A stretch of DNA of 64,000 bases from Ignavibacteriales bacterium (GTDB taxonomy: Bacteria; Bacteroidota; Ignavibacteria; UBA10030): NCBI GenBank assembly GCA_016186715.1, contig JACPLA010000100.1, forward strand, positions 157 through 64,156, in the 5' to 3' direction. Under the pieces are notes generated by a model. That model worked only from the letters and a program-made list of their open reading frames with translations. It was not told the DNA's origin and did not search any database. How positions within the stretch are numbered: position 1 is the stretch's first letter; each line of letters opens with the position of its first letter. A program made the position numbers and the translations under genes. This document shows positions 1-10,656 of the stretch, one piece after another.

Positions 1-1139
1 GAATCCGAAAAAAGCCCAGTCCCATGGAATGGAGGGTGGAACTTCAAGGAGAAGAGCGATCGCATTTCCAGCGGCCACACCGATCAGAATTCCAATAACA
101 CCGCCGAACTGACACAGAACGATGGCCTCGGTAATGAATTGAGCGAGGATATTCTTCTTCTGCGCACCCACAGCTTTCCTCACGCCAATCTCCCGCGTCC
201 GCTCCGTAACGGACACCAGCATGATATTCATGATGCCGACACCTGCGGCGATCAACGAGATGAAACTAATGAATCCAATTCCAAGCTTCACGTAGAACGT
301 GAATTCGTTGAAGGTCGTAATCATCGAGTCGTTGGAAAAGATGGAAAAATCGTCTTCATCGGACGGTGAGACATTGCGAATGGTACGCAGGTGAAACCGC
401 GATTCCTCGATGCAGTCCTCATAAACTTCAGGACCGGCCGCTTTGATCATAATGTGAATGCTGCGGTCTCTTTTTCCATAAATGGCAAAAAGAGTCGACA
501 GAGGAATCACCACGCGGTTGTCGCTATCGCCCCCCAGGCTGGCTCCCTTCGGCTCAAACGTGCCGATAACCCTGAAACGATCATTCCCGACTCTGATTTC
601 CTTTCCAACGGCCTCTTCCCCGCCGAACGGAAACAGTTTCTTCACGACCTCCGAGCCGAGGATCGCAACTCTTGCGGAATATTGAAGGTCATGCTCGTTC
701 AAACTCCTTCCGTACTGGATTTCCCAATTATTGGTCGGAATTCCTTCCGGCTCTTCTCCCGCCAGGCTGACGTTCGGATTCGTTTTTTGTGACCCATGCT
801 GAACAACCTTCCCCCCTTCCCAATCCTCCAACGCGACGTACTTTGCAAGCGTCATACGCTCTTTGAGCTCCAGCCCTTGCTCGTAGGTGATATCCTTACG
901 GTTTCTCGCCTTGAGCCATTCCCGTCGGCTTGCCATAACCGGACGCTTCTGAATCTGAAACGTGTGTGAGCCGAGATTGCTTAGTCCGCTTTCAATACTG
1001 TTTTGCAACACCCTGACCGCGGTCATGACGCCGATAATGGAAAATACGCCGACAACGATGCCCAACAGCGTGAGGACGGAGCGAAGCTTATTCGCGCGGA
1101 TGGCAGCAAGAGCGATTTGGATGATTTCGGCAAGCAGCA
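1..1139 (-). CDS. ABC transporter permease, FtsX/MacB-like (3' end runs off window start)
   Basis: I translated the minus strand from the ATG at 1137-1139. It gives MLLAEIIQIALAAIRANKLRSVLTLLGIVVG... and ends ...GIMNIMLVSVTERTREIGVRKAVGA, typical of FtsX permeases. No stop appears before position 1. It sits directly downstream of the second permease gene. Confidence 0.7.
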
Positions 1140-2369
1140 TTATTCGTACCTCAGAGCATCCACCGGATCAAGCCGCGAGGCCCGGTAGGCGGGAAGAAAT
1201 CCCGAAACTACTCCGACCAGAACGGAGATCACCAACGCGATTCCCACAACGCTCAGCGGCATCGCGGTCGGAAGAACCTGATCGATAATCAGGCTCAGGG
1301 GGAAGGCGATGATCAGTCCAATGATCCCGCCGATAAGACAAATGACGGCCGATTCAAGGAGGAACTGCAGCAGAATGGATCGCTTGGGGGCCCCGATCGC
1401 TTTTCGAATTCCGATCTCTTTGGTTCGTTCGGTCACGGAAACGAACATGATGTTCATGATGCCAATCCCCCCGACGAACAGAGAAAGGCCGGTAATGAAA
1501 AGCCCGACCGCGGCAATAACCCCTCCGATTTGATTGAATGTCTGAACGAGGATTTCCTGCTGATTGATCGCGAAATCATCCTTCTCCTTCGGTTCCAGCC
1601 TTCGGGCTTTCCGCATGATTCCGCGAATCTCTTCCTTCGTTTCCTCAACCTGTTCGAGAGAGGACGATTTCACCCAGATTTCGATTCCCCTGCGAAAAGA
1701 TTGGAATTCCTTGAAAAACCTATTGATCGGAACGTAGACACGGTTGTCCAAACTTTGCATTCCCAGAAAATTCCCCTGTTTCTCGAGCACACCCAACACT
1801 CGGTATGGATAGTTCCCTACCTTGACTGTTTTCCCTATTGGGTTCTCAACGGGAAACAAGCCCTCGGCCACTTCCGATCCAAGGACACACACGGGGCGGC
1901 CTCCCTCGGCTTCAAGCGCCGTCATGAATCGTCCCAACCAAACGTTGACATTGCTCGTCTCCAGGAAATCGGCGTCCGTCCCGACAACGATCACGTTTTC
2001 GATGACCTTGCTCTGGTATGTGACATTGCGTGCCGTCCCGGTGATGGGAGAAATACTGCGGACGATCTCAGCATTCCTCTCGAGCGCTTTTGCATGCCTG
2101 ATCGTGAGGTCGGGGCGATTGCGGATTTCCCACCAATCGTGTCCACCGCCCCACGGCCATTTCTGCACATACAAAACGTCGGCACCAACTGCGGCAATGC
2201 TTTTGTTGAACGCGCGGCTGAGGCCCTCGATCGCTGTCCCCATCAACGTCACGGAGACTATGCCGATCACGATGCCAAGGGTCGTAAGCACCGAACGCAT
2301 CTTGTTGGCCCTGATCGCCGCAAAGGCAATCAGCAGACCCTCCTTTGTTTCGTCAAGGTAGATGCGCAT
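1140..2369 (-). CDS. ABC transporter permease, FtsX/MacB-like
   Basis: 409-aa ORF with an N-terminal TM helix, a large periplasmic domain and a C-terminal FtsX 4-TM bundle (motif GIMNIMFVSVTERTKEIGIRKAIGA). It lies in an operon with the ATPase and HlyD genes. Confidence 0.85.
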   Translation of the reverse strand: MRIYLDETKEGLLIAFAAIRANKMRSVLTTLGIVIGIVSVTLMGTAIEGLSRAFNKSIAAVGADVLYVQKWPWGGGHDWWEIRNRPDLTIRHAKALERNAEIVRSISPITGTARNVTYQSKVIENVIVVGTDADFLETSNVNVWLGRFMTALEAEGGRPVCVLGSEVAEGLFPVENPIGKTVKVGNYPYRVLGVLEKQGNFLGMQSLDNRVYVPINRFFKEFQSFRRGIEIWVKSSSLEQVEETKEEIRGIMRKARRLEPKEKDDFAINQQEILVQTFNQIGGVIAAVGLFITGLSLFVGGIGIMNIMFVSVTERTKEIGIRKAIGAPKRSILLQFLLESAVICLIGGIIGLIIAFPLSLIIDQVLPTAMPLSVVGIALVISVLVGVVSGFLPAYRASRLDPVDALRYE

Positions 2370-2370
2370 C

Positions 2371-3096
2371 TCAGGCTGTCGTCATAGGAGTATGAGAGAC
2401 AATCCTGCGCTCCGTGACCAGCTCGTCACTCTCGATATGGCCGTCGCGAATCCGGACGCGCCGGTGCGCATGCGCGGCAATGTCTTCTTCGTGTGTCACC
2501 AGAATGATGGTGTTCCCTTGCTCATGCAGAAGGTCAAAGAGGTCCATGATCTCCGCGCCCGTCTTGGAGTCGAGGTTTCCGGTCGGCTCGTCCGCCAGGA
2601 GAATAGAAGGCCCTGTCACCAGCGCCCGCGCAATCGCCACCCGCTGCCTCTGTCCCCCCGAGAGCTCGTTCGGCTTATGGTGACTGCGGTCAGTGAGTCC
2701 GACTTTTTCGATCGCTTCCATCGCATGTTTTTTTCGTTCGGCTGAGTTGTATCCACCATAGATCAGCGGAAGCTCTACGTTGTGAAGAACGTCTGACCGG
2801 GCCAGCAAGTTGAACGTTTGGAAGACAAATCCGATTTCCTTGTTCCGGATTCGGGCAAGCTGATTGTCATTCATCTCGCTCACATTCACCCCGTTCAATT
2901 CGTACAATCCCGATGTCGGCGTGTCCAGACATCCGATGATGTTCATCATCGTCGATTTCCCGGAACCGGAGGGGCCCATGATCGCAACGTATTCATTCCG
3001 ACTGATCTCGAGTGTGACCCCGCGCAGCGCATGCACTTCTTCCATTCCCATCTGATACATTTTCGTGATGTCGCGAAACCGTATGACGACTGACAT
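2371..3096 (-). CDS. ABC transporter ATP-binding protein (MacB/LolD-like)
   Basis: Walker [10 protein letters not shown], the [15 protein letters not shown] signature and Walker [13 protein letters not shown]. The track ORF is extended 59 aa upstream; I placed the start at the ATG at 3094-3096 ([14 protein letters not shown]), preceded by AAGAGGAAAG. Confidence 0.9.
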   Translation of the reverse strand: MSVVIRFRDITKMYQMGMEEVHALRGVTLEISRNEYVAIMGPSGSGKSTMMNIIGCLDTPTSGLYELNGVNVSEMNDNQLARIRNKEIGFVFQTFNLLARSDVLHNVELPLIYGGYNSAERKKHAMEAIEKVGLTDRSHHKPNELSGGQRQRVAIARALVTGPSILLADEPTGNLDSKTGAEIMDLFDLLHEQGNTIILVTHEEDIAAHAHRRVRIRDGHIESDELVTERRIVSHTPMTTA

Positions 3097-3130
3097 AGTT
3101 CTTTCCTCTTCTTGATTCGTGGGGTGAGGC

Positions 3131-4369
3131 TCAGCCCGGTTGGCGAGATGTCTTGTTTTCAACGCGCACTTTGGACTCGTTCTCCAATTCGCGATTGATG
3201 GCTTTAAAGGGTCCTGAAACGACGTCCGCGCCTTCCAATCCTTCACCGGTGACCTCGACGTGGCTATCATCACTCAGACCGCGCTTCACAATGACCGTTT
3301 TTGCTTTGCCGTCGGCAACGACGAAAACGACCTCATCAAGGTCGTCGTCTTTCTTCTTCGATTTCTGCATGACCACTTCTCCCTCTGACGCATCCTCGGT
3401 TTTTTCTTTCTTCGGCGCCCGAACGGTTACGGACTGAATCGGAACGGCCAGTACGCTACCATGAGTCTCCGTTTCAATATCTGCTGTCATCGACATGCCG
3501 GGACGCAAACGGACATCTTCGGGAGTGTTCAGGAGGATCCGCACTTCAAAATTCGTCACCTGATCCTGGGTGCCGAGCCCCGTCGATTTCGCCGTATTGG
3601 CAATCTGCGAAACGATCCCGATGATCTTTCTGTCCATGTAAGCGTCTACCTCCACACGAGCTGTATCACCCATACTCACAAGAACGATGTCATTCTCTCC
3701 CACGTCCACGCGAGCCTCCATGCGCGAAAGATCGGCAATGGTCATGATCTCGGTGCCCTGGGTGAACGTGCTTCCGCTGACCCGCTCTCCGATTTCCGAG
3801 TTGAGCTGACTGACGACGCCGCTCATCGGCGCGTAGATCGTCGTTTTGGCGAGGGTTTCGCGTGCCTCTTTCAAAGAAGCATTCGCCTGCGCGTAAGAGG
3901 CTTTCGCGCTTTGAAAACTCGCGCGTGCAATCTCCATTTCTGCCTCGGAAACGAGTTTCTTTTCGAACAATTCTGAGACCCGCTTATGTTCCGATTCCGC
4001 TTTGACCAGATTCGCTTCACTCACCGCGAGGGCCGCCTGAGCACGCTCGTACTGTGCCTGGTACGCATCCGGCTTGATCCTCACGACGAGATCCCCCTTT
4101 CGGACACGCTGTCCCTCCCTCACCGGCAACTCGGTGATCTCTCCGCTTACTTCAGCATTGATCTTGACCTGAGTTTCCGGCTGAATCTTTCCCGTGGCCG
4201 TCACGATTTGAGTAATCGTCTTTCGCTCAACCTTTTCGGTCTGCACGGTAATGATGGTTTCCCGGCTACTCCCCATAATCACGAGGACGCCCAGCGCGAG
4301 CAGGACAGCACCTATACCTACCAGGATGATCAGTTTTTTCTTTGATTTTTTCTTTGTGTCATTTGCCAT
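3131..4369 (-). CDS. Efflux transporter periplasmic adaptor (HlyD/MacA family)
   Basis: N-terminal TM anchor, coiled-coil region, beta-barrel and MP domains. The track start at 4396 is a TTG; I prefer the ATG at 4367-4369 (MANDTKKK), which has GAAGGG upstream. Confidence 0.8.
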   Translation of the reverse strand: MANDTKKKSKKKLIILVGIGAVLLALGVLVIMGSSRETIITVQTEKVERKTITQIVTATGKIQPETQVKINAEVSGEITELPVREGQRVRKGDLVVRIKPDAYQAQYERAQAALAVSEANLVKAESEHKRVSELFEKKLVSEAEMEIARASFQSAKASYAQANASLKEARETLAKTTIYAPMSGVVSQLNSEIGERVSGSTFTQGTEIMTIADLSRMEARVDVGENDIVLVSMGDTARVEVDAYMDRKIIGIVSQIANTAKSTGLGTQDQVTNFEVRILLNTPEDVRLRPGMSMTADIETETHGSVLAVPIQSVTVRAPKKEKTEDASEGEVVMQKSKKKDDDLDEVVFVVADGKAKTVIVKRGLSDDSHVEVTGEGLEGADVVSGPFKAINRELENESKVRVENKTSRQPG

Positions 4370-4392
4370 GAGAAAACCCTTCGGGTCATATG

Positions 4393-5751
4393 TCAATGAT
4401 ATTGGATCGTTCCGAGCGCGAGCTGCAGCTGGCTCTTTGCATTGAGGTATTGATAGACGGCGTTGATCTTTGTTGTGAGGGCGCTGTTGTAGTTGTTCCG
4501 GGCAAACAAGAGATCCAGAAGAGTACCTGCCCCGACGTTGTACTTTTCTTGATTGACTTTCAGATTCTGGTCCTGGTACTGGAGACTCTTGACGGCCGCG
4601 TCATAACTCTTTTCGGCTGCCTGAAGCGAGAGAATTGCGTTCTGAAGTTCGACGAGAACGGTTCGCTCCCGGTCTCTGTGGCTCTCTTCTGCGTTTTTCC
4701 GCGCGACTAAGGCCCGTTCGGACGCTTCATTGGTACGGAATCCCGAAAAGATGGGGAAAGAGACCGAAAAGCTCCAGTTCAGGTTCTTGTTGTTCTTGAA
4801 ATCGTCGAATTCATTCACCAGCCGGCTGTTGCCGCTCAGACTATAACTGGCACCCGCCGTAATGCGCGGCAGGTAGCCGCTTCGCGCGATGGTAACCCCT
4901 GCGTCTGCTGCGCCGAATGATTCTCTCGAGCTGAGGTAATCGGGCCTTGTCGCCAGCGCCCCCTGTGCAAGCTGCCGGAAGTTTCTCGTTTCTTCCCTTG
5001 CGCGGGCAAATTCCGATTCATCGATCTCCTCGGGAATTGAGGGATCCCCTATGACATAGTCCGCCGTGACATCCAACGCCAGGTACGCAATGAGGTTGGC
5101 CTTGGCAAGTTCGTATTCATTTTGTGCCTGGGCCAATCGTACCTCGTCCTGCCCGACCTGGGACTGCTGCTGATACACGTTGACGAGGGAAGCAGATCCT
5201 AATCGCGCCGTTTCCTTGACCCGATCAAGCTGCTGGGAGCTGTACTCGAGAGTCGCTTCCGCCACCCTCAGGAGTTTTTCCGTGCGGAGGACGTCATAGT
5301 ACAATCGCCGTGTCTGATTAACAACCATCTGCCGGGTCCGGCTTAGGGTATGCTCGCTCGCGACAGCAGTGGACGTGGCCTGACTCAATGTCGAGGTGTT
5401 TGAAAAGCCGTCGAAGAGAGTCATATTCGCGGAGATCGAGCTGGAAAAGCTCCTCACATTGGTGGAAGGAAGACGGGTCCCGTTGGGAAGAAATGATTCT
5501 CCCTGAGAACCACTCCACGAGGAGTTCAGATTCACATTCGGCAGGAAGTTCCCGTAGGCAGAGAGGACACCCGCCTGGCTCTGTTCAAGGTTGTTCTGCG
5601 CCTGACGGACCGTAAAATTAAGGTCAAGAGCGACGTCAATCGCCCCCGACAGGGTCAGTGTCTGGCCGGGCTCCGGGACATTTTGCGCAAGCAGGAAACC
5701 GGTCCCGGCCAAAATCAGAAAAGTAAGCAGAACTGCGTTCTTCATAACCAT
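4393..5751 (-). CDS. TolC-family outer membrane efflux protein
   Basis: Signal peptide MKNAVLLTFLILAGTGFLLAQ, then the two repeated coiled-coil/beta modules typical of OEP-family proteins. It is the first gene of the TolC-HlyD-ATPase-permease-permease operon. Start chosen at the ATG preceded by GGAGA. Confidence 0.8.
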   Translation of the reverse strand: MVMKNAVLLTFLILAGTGFLLAQNVPEPGQTLTLSGAIDVALDLNFTVRQAQNNLEQSQAGVLSAYGNFLPNVNLNSSWSGSQGESFLPNGTRLPSTNVRSFSSSISANMTLFDGFSNTSTLSQATSTAVASEHTLSRTRQMVVNQTRRLYYDVLRTEKLLRVAEATLEYSSQQLDRVKETARLGSASLVNVYQQQSQVGQDEVRLAQAQNEYELAKANLIAYLALDVTADYVIGDPSIPEEIDESEFARAREETRNFRQLAQGALATRPDYLSSRESFGAADAGVTIARSGYLPRITAGASYSLSGNSRLVNEFDDFKNNKNLNWSFSVSFPIFSGFRTNEASERALVARKNAEESHRDRERTVLVELQNAILSLQAAEKSYDAAVKSLQYQDQNLKVNQEKYNVGAGTLLDLLFARNNYNSALTTKINAVYQYLNAKSQLQLALGTIQYH

Positions 5752-5958
5752 TTCTCCAAGAAAAGTGAGGTAGGCTCTCTCCTTCGGCCCAAAGTTCAAA
5801 AACTCTAAGTATTAAACGAATCGGGAGAGGCAAAGTTTCATTTATGGCCCGAAAAGTCAATGAAACAGAAATGCCGATCCGGCGTGACAACCTGTGCGGA
5901 GACTGTTGTGGTGAGCAAAGCTCCCGCTCAGGGCGTCGGACGCGGGCTTCGGAATGAC

Positions 5959-7398
5959 TCACTTCCGGGTTGTCGAGGATTTCGTTCCCTTCTTTGACAA
6001 TACCTCGTCTTTGATTCTCAGCAGGTATTCCAGCGCCGCATCGTGCTCGTTCGGAATGTGACCGTCAAGAACGGCATCAACGACCATTTGTTTGAGATCC
6101 CCGACCGAAGGCCCTTCCTGAATTCCGCAGACCCTCATGATCTCGTCCCCCCGCAGCGCTGGCTGCCAGTTCCTCATCCGGTCCCTCTCTTCGACTACTT
6201 TCATTTTTTCTGCAACGCGGTCGTAGTTTTGCCTGACCTGTTTTACGAGTTTCGGATTTCTTGACGTGATATCGGCCCGGCAGAGTGTCATGAGGTCGTC
6301 GATGTCCGGACCCGCCTCGAAAAGAAGACGGCGTACCGCCGAATCGGTCACATCGTGATCGACAAGAGCCATTGGACGCAAATGCAGGCGAACCAGTTTC
6401 TCGACATACGGGACATGCTCCAAGGGGAATTTCATCCGCCGGAAGATCGGTTTGACCATTCTTGCACCGATTTCCTCATGTCCGTGGAATGTCCATCCCG
6501 TTCCCTCCTTGAACGCCTTTGTCTTCGGCTTGGCGACGTCATGCAGAAGCGCCGCCATTCTCAACCACACGTTTTCTGTCATCTCGCAGATGTTGTCCAC
6601 CACCTTGAGTGTGTGGAAGAAGACATCCTTGTGATGATACTCTTTTCTCTGCTCGACACCAGAAAGTTGGTGGATTTCGGGAAAAACAATCTCGACAACT
6701 CCTGTTTCCTGCATCAGCTTCCAGCCAACAGACGGTCGCCGACTTGCCATGAGCTTCAGGATCTCTTCGGAGATACGCTCCTGCGACACGATGCTGAGCC
6801 GTTGGCGCATGGTGCGGGCGGCCCGAAGGATTGCCGGAGCGACTTCGAAATCCAACTGTGCCGCGAACCTCATGGCGCGCATGACCCTGAGGGGATCGTC
6901 ATCAAACGTCTCCTCCGGATCCAGGGGAGTCCGAAGCAATTTCTTTTTGAGATCTTCCCGGCCCTTAAACGGATCCGTCACGTCGCCCCATGTTTCCCTG
7001 TTCAGGGAAACTGCCACGGCATTGACGGTGAAATCTCTGCGTGAAAGATCCTCGTCCAGGGTGCCTGTTTCGACGACCGGTTTGCGGGAATCTTTCGTAT
7101 AGCTTTCCTTGCGCGCTCCCACGAACTCGATTTTTCCATCGTCAAGTTGGAGCATCGCAGTGCCGAATTTCGGAAACGTCGCAAGATTTGTACGATGAAG
7201 CGCCTTGGCAACACGTTCAGCGAACGCGATTCCTTGTCCGAGGACGAGAATATCCATATCCTTCACTTCCCGTCCCAGGAGAAGATCCCTGACGTATCCG
7301 CCGACGACAAACGCAGGAATTTCGGCTTCATCGGCGAGGGCGCCGATTCTCCCGAGGAGGTCATTTTCAATTTTTACGCGACTCTTCTTCACGATCAA
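5959..7398 (-). CDS. cca: CCA tRNA nucleotidyltransferase / poly(A) polymerase family protein with HD domain
   Basis: VVGGYVRDLLLG nucleotidyltransferase motif, followed by an HD domain (LLHDVAKP, FHGHEEIG). The start is non-canonical: TTG at 7398 or GTG at 7392. Confidence 0.8.
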   Translation of the reverse strand: MIVKKSRVKIENDLLGRIGALADEAEIPAFVVGGYVRDLLLGREVKDMDILVLGQGIAFAERVAKALHRTNLATFPKFGTAMLQLDDGKIEFVGARKESYTKDSRKPVVETGTLDEDLSRRDFTVNAVAVSLNRETWGDVTDPFKGREDLKKKLLRTPLDPEETFDDDPLRVMRAMRFAAQLDFEVAPAILRAARTMRQRLSIVSQERISEEILKLMASRRPSVGWKLMQETGVVEIVFPEIHQLSGVEQRKEYHHKDVFFHTLKVVDNICEMTENVWLRMAALLHDVAKPKTKAFKEGTGWTFHGHEEIGARMVKPIFRRMKFPLEHVPYVEKLVRLHLRPMALVDHDVTDSAVRRLLFEAGPDIDDLMTLCRADITSRNPKLVKQVRQNYDRVAEKMKVVEERDRMRNWQPALRGDEIMRVCGIQEGPSVGDLKQMVVDAVLDGHIPNEHDAALEYLLRIKDEVLSKKGTKSSTTRK

Positions 7399-8396
7399 GC
7401 CCTGACCGTTTTCGCATCGATGGTTTGCAGAATTTTCTGAGCTACTTCGAGAGCCTGGAGGCCGTCTCGTCCGCTCACCACCGGCTCCGTCCCGTTCAGA
7501 ACCGAGGCGACAAAGAGATCCAACTCAACCTGCATGGCGTTGACATCCTTAACTTCCGGCTGCTCATAGACGATCGCGCGTTTTCGGGTCCCCTGGTCGA
7601 TTTCCCCCAACAACATGGTCGACTTAACGTGGGGATCGTTTTCATCGACAAGACGGAACACCTCGGCAAGTCCTTGGGCGAAGTCGATGGAGATATAGGC
7701 GTTCCGCTGGAAGAGCCGCATCTTGCGCATCTTGTTCTGAGATATCCTGCTTGCCGTCACATTCGCAACACACCCGTTTTCGAACTGAAGCCGCGCGTTG
7801 GCAATGTCGGCGCTCTCAGAGACCACTGCGATGCCGTTCGCGTCGATCCGGGTCACCTCGGATTTAACCAGGGAGAGGATCAGATCGATGTCGTGGATCA
7901 TCAGATCCAGTACGACAGCCACATCGGTTCCCCGCGGATTAAACTGGGCGAGCCTGTGCGATTCAATAAAAAGCGGCTGAAGGTGATAGTCTTCGAGAGC
8001 CAGAATGGCCGGGTTGAACCTCTCAATATGCCCGACCTGAATCGTGAGTTTCCCGGCTTCCGCCGTCTTCACCAAATCTTGTGCTTCGGCAATCGTTGCT
8101 GTAATCGGTTTTTCGATGAACACATGCCGTTTCGCCTCGAGCGCTTTGCTTGCGACGTTGTAGTGTGTTTTTGTTGTTGTCGCGACACTGACCGCCTCGG
8201 CGTCCTCGAGCAGCTGGTCCACGGTCTCATAGTGCCTTGTGCCGAGCTCGGATGCAACCTTGGCTCCTTTTGCACGGTCCGCGTCGTGGATGCCCACAAG
8301 GCGGACAGAGGCCAGGGTTGAAAACATTTTTGCGTGAAGGCTTCCCAAGTGGCCTGTACCGACAACCCCCACTTTAAGTTTTTTAGAATCGTTCAT
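7395..8396 (-). CDS. Gfo/Idh/MocA family NAD(P)-dependent oxidoreductase
   Basis: N-terminal Rossmann motif KVGVVGTGHLGSLH and a GFO_IDH_MocA C-terminal domain. Start at the ATG at 8394-8396 (MNDSKKLKVGVVG); the track ORF is 12 aa longer. Confidence 0.8.
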   Translation of the reverse strand: MNDSKKLKVGVVGTGHLGSLHAKMFSTLASVRLVGIHDADRAKGAKVASELGTRHYETVDQLLEDAEAVSVATTTKTHYNVASKALEAKRHVFIEKPITATIAEAQDLVKTAEAGKLTIQVGHIERFNPAILALEDYHLQPLFIESHRLAQFNPRGTDVAVVLDLMIHDIDLILSLVKSEVTRIDANGIAVVSESADIANARLQFENGCVANVTASRISQNKMRKMRLFQRNAYISIDFAQGLAEVFRLVDENDPHVKSTMLLGEIDQGTRKRAIVYEQPEVKDVNAMQVELDLFVASVLNGTEPVVSGRDGLQALEVAQKILQTIDAKTVRA

Positions 8397-8409
8397 GATC
8401 GTGGTACCG

Positions 8410-9639
8410 TTACTGTGTCGTTGCTGTGACACCGCCGGGACTTCTCCCTCTTGCTACACCCAGAATCCGGTCGAATCCGCCAAATCGTTGATCCCGATAA
8501 TATACGAACGCGGTGTAGTTATTTATGGTCCTCCAGTCGTTGCCTTCGAGAAGAATCCAGTCGTCGCCCGACACATACTGATAATCATAGCGTCCACGTC
8601 GGAGAGACGTCTGCCAGACGTACCGATCTTTTTCAAAGGACATGATGTTTTCCTCCGACGGTTTCCAGCCGTCGAAGTCACCGACAACATGAATCTTGTC
8701 CCGGCCTCCTTCATTCCACAGCAGTTCAAACCTGAAGTCGATGTAGTCGGCATACCGGCTCCCCCGGACAAGATTTGATCCGCCGTTGTTGTCCGAGCCG
8801 GGCTTTTCCAGAAATCGGCTCACATCGGCTCCCAGGCGAGCCCGTTGGACGCCGTCCTGGGGATAGAAATCCACGTTCCTTAGATCAAGAACACGGTATT
8901 CATTCCCCGGTTGGACGTCGTCAACGATGAATTCAAGATGTTCCAACCCGAAACCGTTAACAAACGTGTGGGGATCGCGGTCGTCGGCGTCGATCCGCCT
9001 CGGCCGGGAGATCTCACGATTCTTATAGACATCGACGGTTGAAAAAAGCAAAGGAGTGAAGACTTCGATCCTTGCAGTGTCCACCGGAACGTTGAAGGAT
9101 ACTGAAATCCTCTGAACCTGGTAGTACGGGTTCACATGAGTCGGTTCCTGTCTGTTGGCAATCCTCATCCGGGGTTTCATCAATGGTTCAACGACAAAAA
9201 ACCTTGCGCTGGCCAGCTTTTCACTCTCGGCCCGATCCCACAATTCAACGATGTAGTTTCCGGAAAAGAAAAACTCATCAAAAACACCTTCCGCCGGAAT
9301 CCTGATCACGGAGGTGTACGAATACCCCTTGATTCCCACCGGCGCGACCTCATAGGGGAGTTCCACACGGGTCCGGTCGCGCAGCGGATCATTGACAAAG
9401 GACGTCTGCGTTACGTTCCAGTTCCTGTCACAATGATAGAACCTTGCTTCAAGACTCGGCGGTTGCGAGCTGAGGATGTCACACTCAAGAGTAACAGGCT
9501 GTGTTCTCATCAGAGCAACCGGAAGATCGGATTCCCTGGACCCGAACAACACGAATCTCCGGACTTTCCGGGAATGGATTTCCTGAGCCTCAGCGATTGT
9601 GCCGAGCATGAGAAGAACAATGCAGATTCCGCGGCTCAT
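8410..9639 (-). CDS. Secreted hypothetical protein with C-terminal AMPK-beta/CBM48-like glycogen-binding-type domain
   Basis: Signal peptide MSRGICIVLLMLGTIAEAQE. The C-terminal segment HVVGDFDGWKPSEENIMSFEKDRYVWQTSLRRGRYDYQYVSGDDW resembles the AMPK1_CBM/CBM48 fold signature. The rest has no recognisable catalytic motif. Confidence 0.55.
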   Translation of the reverse strand: MSRGICIVLLMLGTIAEAQEIHSRKVRRFVLFGSRESDLPVALMRTQPVTLECDILSSQPPSLEARFYHCDRNWNVTQTSFVNDPLRDRTRVELPYEVAPVGIKGYSYTSVIRIPAEGVFDEFFFSGNYIVELWDRAESEKLASARFFVVEPLMKPRMRIANRQEPTHVNPYYQVQRISVSFNVPVDTARIEVFTPLLFSTVDVYKNREISRPRRIDADDRDPHTFVNGFGLEHLEFIVDDVQPGNEYRVLDLRNVDFYPQDGVQRARLGADVSRFLEKPGSDNNGGSNLVRGSRYADYIDFRFELLWNEGGRDKIHVVGDFDGWKPSEENIMSFEKDRYVWQTSLRRGRYDYQYVSGDDWILLEGNDWRTINNYTAFVYYRDQRFGGFDRILGVARGRSPGGVTATTQ

Positions 9640-9923
9640 GGATTTTTTTTTATAGGTTTTTCACAAACGGCCTGCACATGTCAGCGTGCAACCCGGCTCT
9701 AATTTCTAAAATTCCCCAATCTTTTGCACCCCTTCCTCATTAGGGGCTGTGTGAAAACCATGATGGAAGTGGCTAAAGCCACTCCTCGACTTGGAAATTG
9801 GATTGATTTGGGTATCCCCGACATGCTCGCCTCGCTCCGTCGCCTCGTCGAGACGGGCTTGGCGGAGGGGGAATGTCGGGGCAATTTATGAATTCTCACA
9901 CAAGCTCTATGCATCCCGGTTGC

Positions 9924-10574
9924 TCAGTCAAGACGGTTCTTTAACCAGCTATGAAACTCCTTCACATCATGAAAGATGTAGTCGGTGTTCATTCTCAGAA
10001 CGCGTTCCTTGCCATATGAATCCCACAGCACCGCGGCAATCTTCACCCCGGCTTCGTGAGAGGCTTTCACGTCGGCCACGGAGTCACCGACCATTAACAC
10101 TTTTTCCGGCTTAACCGCGAAGTGATCCAGGATCTTTCGTATTCCCTCTGCGGACGGTTTGTGAAGAACCACATCGTTTCCCGTCACAACATAATCAAAG
10201 AACGGGAGAAGTCCGAACTCTTCCAGTGTGATTTTGGTCGTATGAGTTCCTTTTCCCGTGAAGAGCGCGAGATGCTTATTCCTGCGCTTGATGTCTTTCA
10301 AGAGCTCCATGATACCCGGATATAATTGAGCAAGCCGGCCGTGGTTTTTCCGGTAGAACGTCAGATACTCTTTCATCGCCTGATCCAGTTTCTCCTCGCC
10401 CACGATCTTGACAATCGCCCCCTCTTCCGGAGGCCCAAACAAGGCGGCGATTTCGTGATTCTCCATGAGCTTCCCTGTGTATTTCTTCACAATGTAGTTG
10501 AACGAATCGAAAATCAATTGATTCGTCCGCGTGAGCGTTCCGTCCATGTCGAAGATGATGCACTGCAAACTCAT
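9924..10574 (-). CDS. HAD-superfamily hydrolase (phosphatase, Gph/PpaX-like)
   Basis: Motif I IIFDMDGTL at the N-terminus, and motifs III/IV (K...GDSVADV). Start at the ATG at 10572-10574 (MSLQCIIFDMDGT). Confidence 0.8.
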   Translation of the reverse strand: MSLQCIIFDMDGTLTRTNQLIFDSFNYIVKKYTGKLMENHEIAALFGPPEEGAIVKIVGEEKLDQAMKEYLTFYRKNHGRLAQLYPGIMELLKDIKRRNKHLALFTGKGTHTTKITLEEFGLLPFFDYVVTGNDVVLHKPSAEGIRKILDHFAVKPEKVLMVGDSVADVKASHEAGVKIAAVLWDSYGKERVLRMNTDYIFHDVKEFHSWLKNRLD

Positions 10575-10656
10575 GAGAGACCTCAAAAAAAAAGCGTCAA
10601 GATGATCCCGTGCCGGGGCATCTGGACGCCTCAATTCATTTCCCCCACGTACCCAC

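Noticed and set aside
1530-2387. Long + strand ORFs antisense to confidently assigned minus-strand genes (e.g. 1530..2387, 7425..8321, 29179..30054, 42090..42875, 44788..45633, 46105..46863 frame-shifted, 54586..55317, 56151..57101, 60905..61678)
   Set aside because: These are shadow ORFs expected in ~58% GC DNA. The opposite-strand genes have clear family signatures, and the shadows have none.
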